DNA from: Chiloscyllium plagiosum
Lineage: Eukaryota
Length of the DNA stretch: 64,000 bases
Direction of reading: 5' to 3'
Assembly (NCBI RefSeq): GCF_004010195.1
Contig: NC_057720.1
Location: 19,955,269 to 20,019,268, forward strand
In this document: positions 62,300 through 64,000 of the stretch, piece by piece
Layout: each line of letters starts with the position of its first letter
How positions within the stretch are numbered: position 1 is the first letter of the stretch
The notes under the pieces: generated by a model
Told to the model about the DNA's origin: nothing
The model's database searches: none
Seen by the model: the letters and a program-made list of their open reading frames with translations, nothing else
Made by a program: the position numbers and the translations under genes

Positions 62300-63600
62300 G
62301 AAACAGATCCACTGCTGATAACCCTTGCGAGGTGCGGCGCTCTCTTATCTGGCACTGAATGTCTCGCATTCCTTTGGGTTAAACAACTCCGCACCCACTC
62401 ACCCACCAGACCCAGGCTCTCTTGCCCAACCTCAGGGGGCTGTTACTACACCCGCCGCCGCCCCCTTTCACCCTACCGACCCCTCCCTTCAATTTACGCC
62501 TCCCCTATCAGAGACTTCCCCAAAGGGTTGTTGTTGTAGAATTGCCTTGTTTAAAGCAGCGACTGCGAACACAGACAGCACTGGGCAACGTGCAGCCGGT
62601 TTGCATTCAGGGGTTGAGTGGGACGAAAAGAGGGAACCCTGCAAGTAGGGGGGGGGGGATTGTCCGCCCATAGCAGGAGACCCCGCCAGGATTGGTGGGA
62701 GGAGGGGAAAGCGGGATTGGGTGGGGGAACCCCCTCAAGTTTGGGGGAGGGGTGGTGGAAGGCATCAAAAGCCCGCCGCGAGCCTGACCTGAAGGGGTGC
62801 GCGCGCCACTTATCGCAGCGCGAGCCCAGGAACCCGAGTAACGGTCACCGTTTAAACGGGGAGACAGGCACCATCGGAGAGCGCTCCCTACCCCACTCGA
62901 GAGAAATCGGACTCAATTTCGAATCAATGCCGATTTTGTGTTTTTTTGGGGTGGTTGGGGAACGGGCTCTCGCTTTTCACTGTTTTTGTTCTGGCGATGA
63001 AAAGTAAACATTTTCTCTTTTTTTTAACCCGCAATCGAAGGGCTCCAGCAGTCAGGAGAAATCAGAGCGAACTTACCCGCCTTACGAAGGTACCGTCAGA
63101 TTTCTTTAATCCCCTTACGATCATTGTGTTTTGATTTTTAAAACGCTTCGCCTGCCCAAGGCTGGCGACACTTGAAAGGCAGGCTTTTGATGCTTCTCTC
63201 GGGGCGCTCCTCCTCTGTCGGCGCTCGGTGTGAAAAGCCCATCCGTCAACCCGTTTACCTTCACACTTGGCCGCTGCCCGCCCCCAAGCCCACGTGGGCC
63301 GCAATGCCTGGCCTCCGATTGGCTGGGTGTTTACAATGTCCCGCCCACCACCCGCGGATTCCCCCGCCCTTTACCCCGATTGCACCTCCCCCCCCGCCCT
63401 CTTACCCCCCCTGTCCCACCCCCATACCCACTGGAATCTGTAGCAACAGGTGAAACCTCAGAAGGGTTACGGATCAGGTTGCAATGGTAGGGTCAGGGGC
63501 ATGCCGGGGGTCGCATTTTGATTTTGACCTTTCAGTGCAACGTCGTGAATGTTTTCACGTCTGACCGGAGGTATTCGGTCAAGCTGCAATCGTTTACAAA
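62300..63600 (-). promoter_or_regulatory. CpG-island-like promoter region
   Basis: Only non-repeat CpG/GC-rich stretch in the window. Minus-strand GGGCGG boxes (~63277-63398), CCAAT (~63318-63322) and palindromic E-box gcccacgtgggc (63288-63299). Confidence 0.75.
63077..63260 (-). other. ARHGAP29: Probable non-coding exon 1 of the ARHGAP29-like gene (5' end approximate)
   Basis: Strong donor CGG|GTAAGT at 63076-63071 inside the CpG-rich region, just downstream of CCAAT and GC boxes. Confidence 0.6.
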
Positions 63601-64000
63601 ATCTGCTCTTCAACATAGACACAGTGTCTCATCCACTGCAATTAAGTAGTTTGTTCTCTCTCTTCTCCCCCACCTTCCCCCTTCAGTTCTACATTTACGA
63701 CTTAGAGGTGCAATCGCGATCCAAGATTTGGCCGTTGATTTTCATCAGGAACAAATAATGTTGAGACTGGACCTTCACATTTCACCCCAAAATGTTAATA
63801 TTAATGCTATTACGGTGTTGACTTTCTGTACCGAAAATGTGATAATTTGTCATTTACACTTCTATAACAAATAACACAATGGTATTGCTGAGGTATTTGG
63901 GCCTGAGAACTGTCATGCCGTTTGTTGAAAGTGGGAATAGAGGGTTAAACGAGACAAAATATTTGCTGGGAAACTCTTGAAAACACATTGGCAGCTATTC

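Noticed and set aside
62115..63758. Overlapping short ORFs in the GC-rich region as genes
   Set aside because: They are low-complexity Pro/Gly/Arg-rich frames expected by chance in a CpG island, with no recognisable domains.

Overview
Eukaryotic genomic DNA, most likely from a cartilaginous fish: HE1-type V-SINEs with their CR1/HER1 partner LINE are established elasmobranch repeats. The species cannot be fixed from sequence alone. The window holds the 5' part of an ARHGAP29-like RhoGAP gene on the minus strand: a CpG-rich promoter and probable non-coding exon 1 (~63077-63260), coding exon 2 (60432-60776, ATG at 60687), a 47.4 kb intron, and coding exon 3 (12860-13000, absent from the ORF track). 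Exon 4 was not found and probably lies left of the window. The introns are packed with nested transposons: CR1/HER1, a second CR1/L2-type LINE, Rex1/Babar, RTE, two SINE families, Tc1/pogo MITEs, a hAT fragment and a possible solo LTR. The most striking signal is a set of at least four Penelope-like (PLE) terminal-repeat families. Each carries a minimal type I hammerhead ribozyme (CUGANGA-N-stem II-GAAA-NN-UH with a self-complementary ACGU or AGCU stem III). They occur as coding remnants (RT and GIY-YIG), as ~200-600 bp fold-back mini-elements with target-site duplications and often a ~34-nt one-sided tail, and as 25-60 bp micro-insertions. Hammerheads in PLEs are known in general. The dense non-autonomous fold-back and micro-insertion system seen here, inside a host pre-mRNA, is the part most worth testing. 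Repeat boundaries were set by eye and are approximate.
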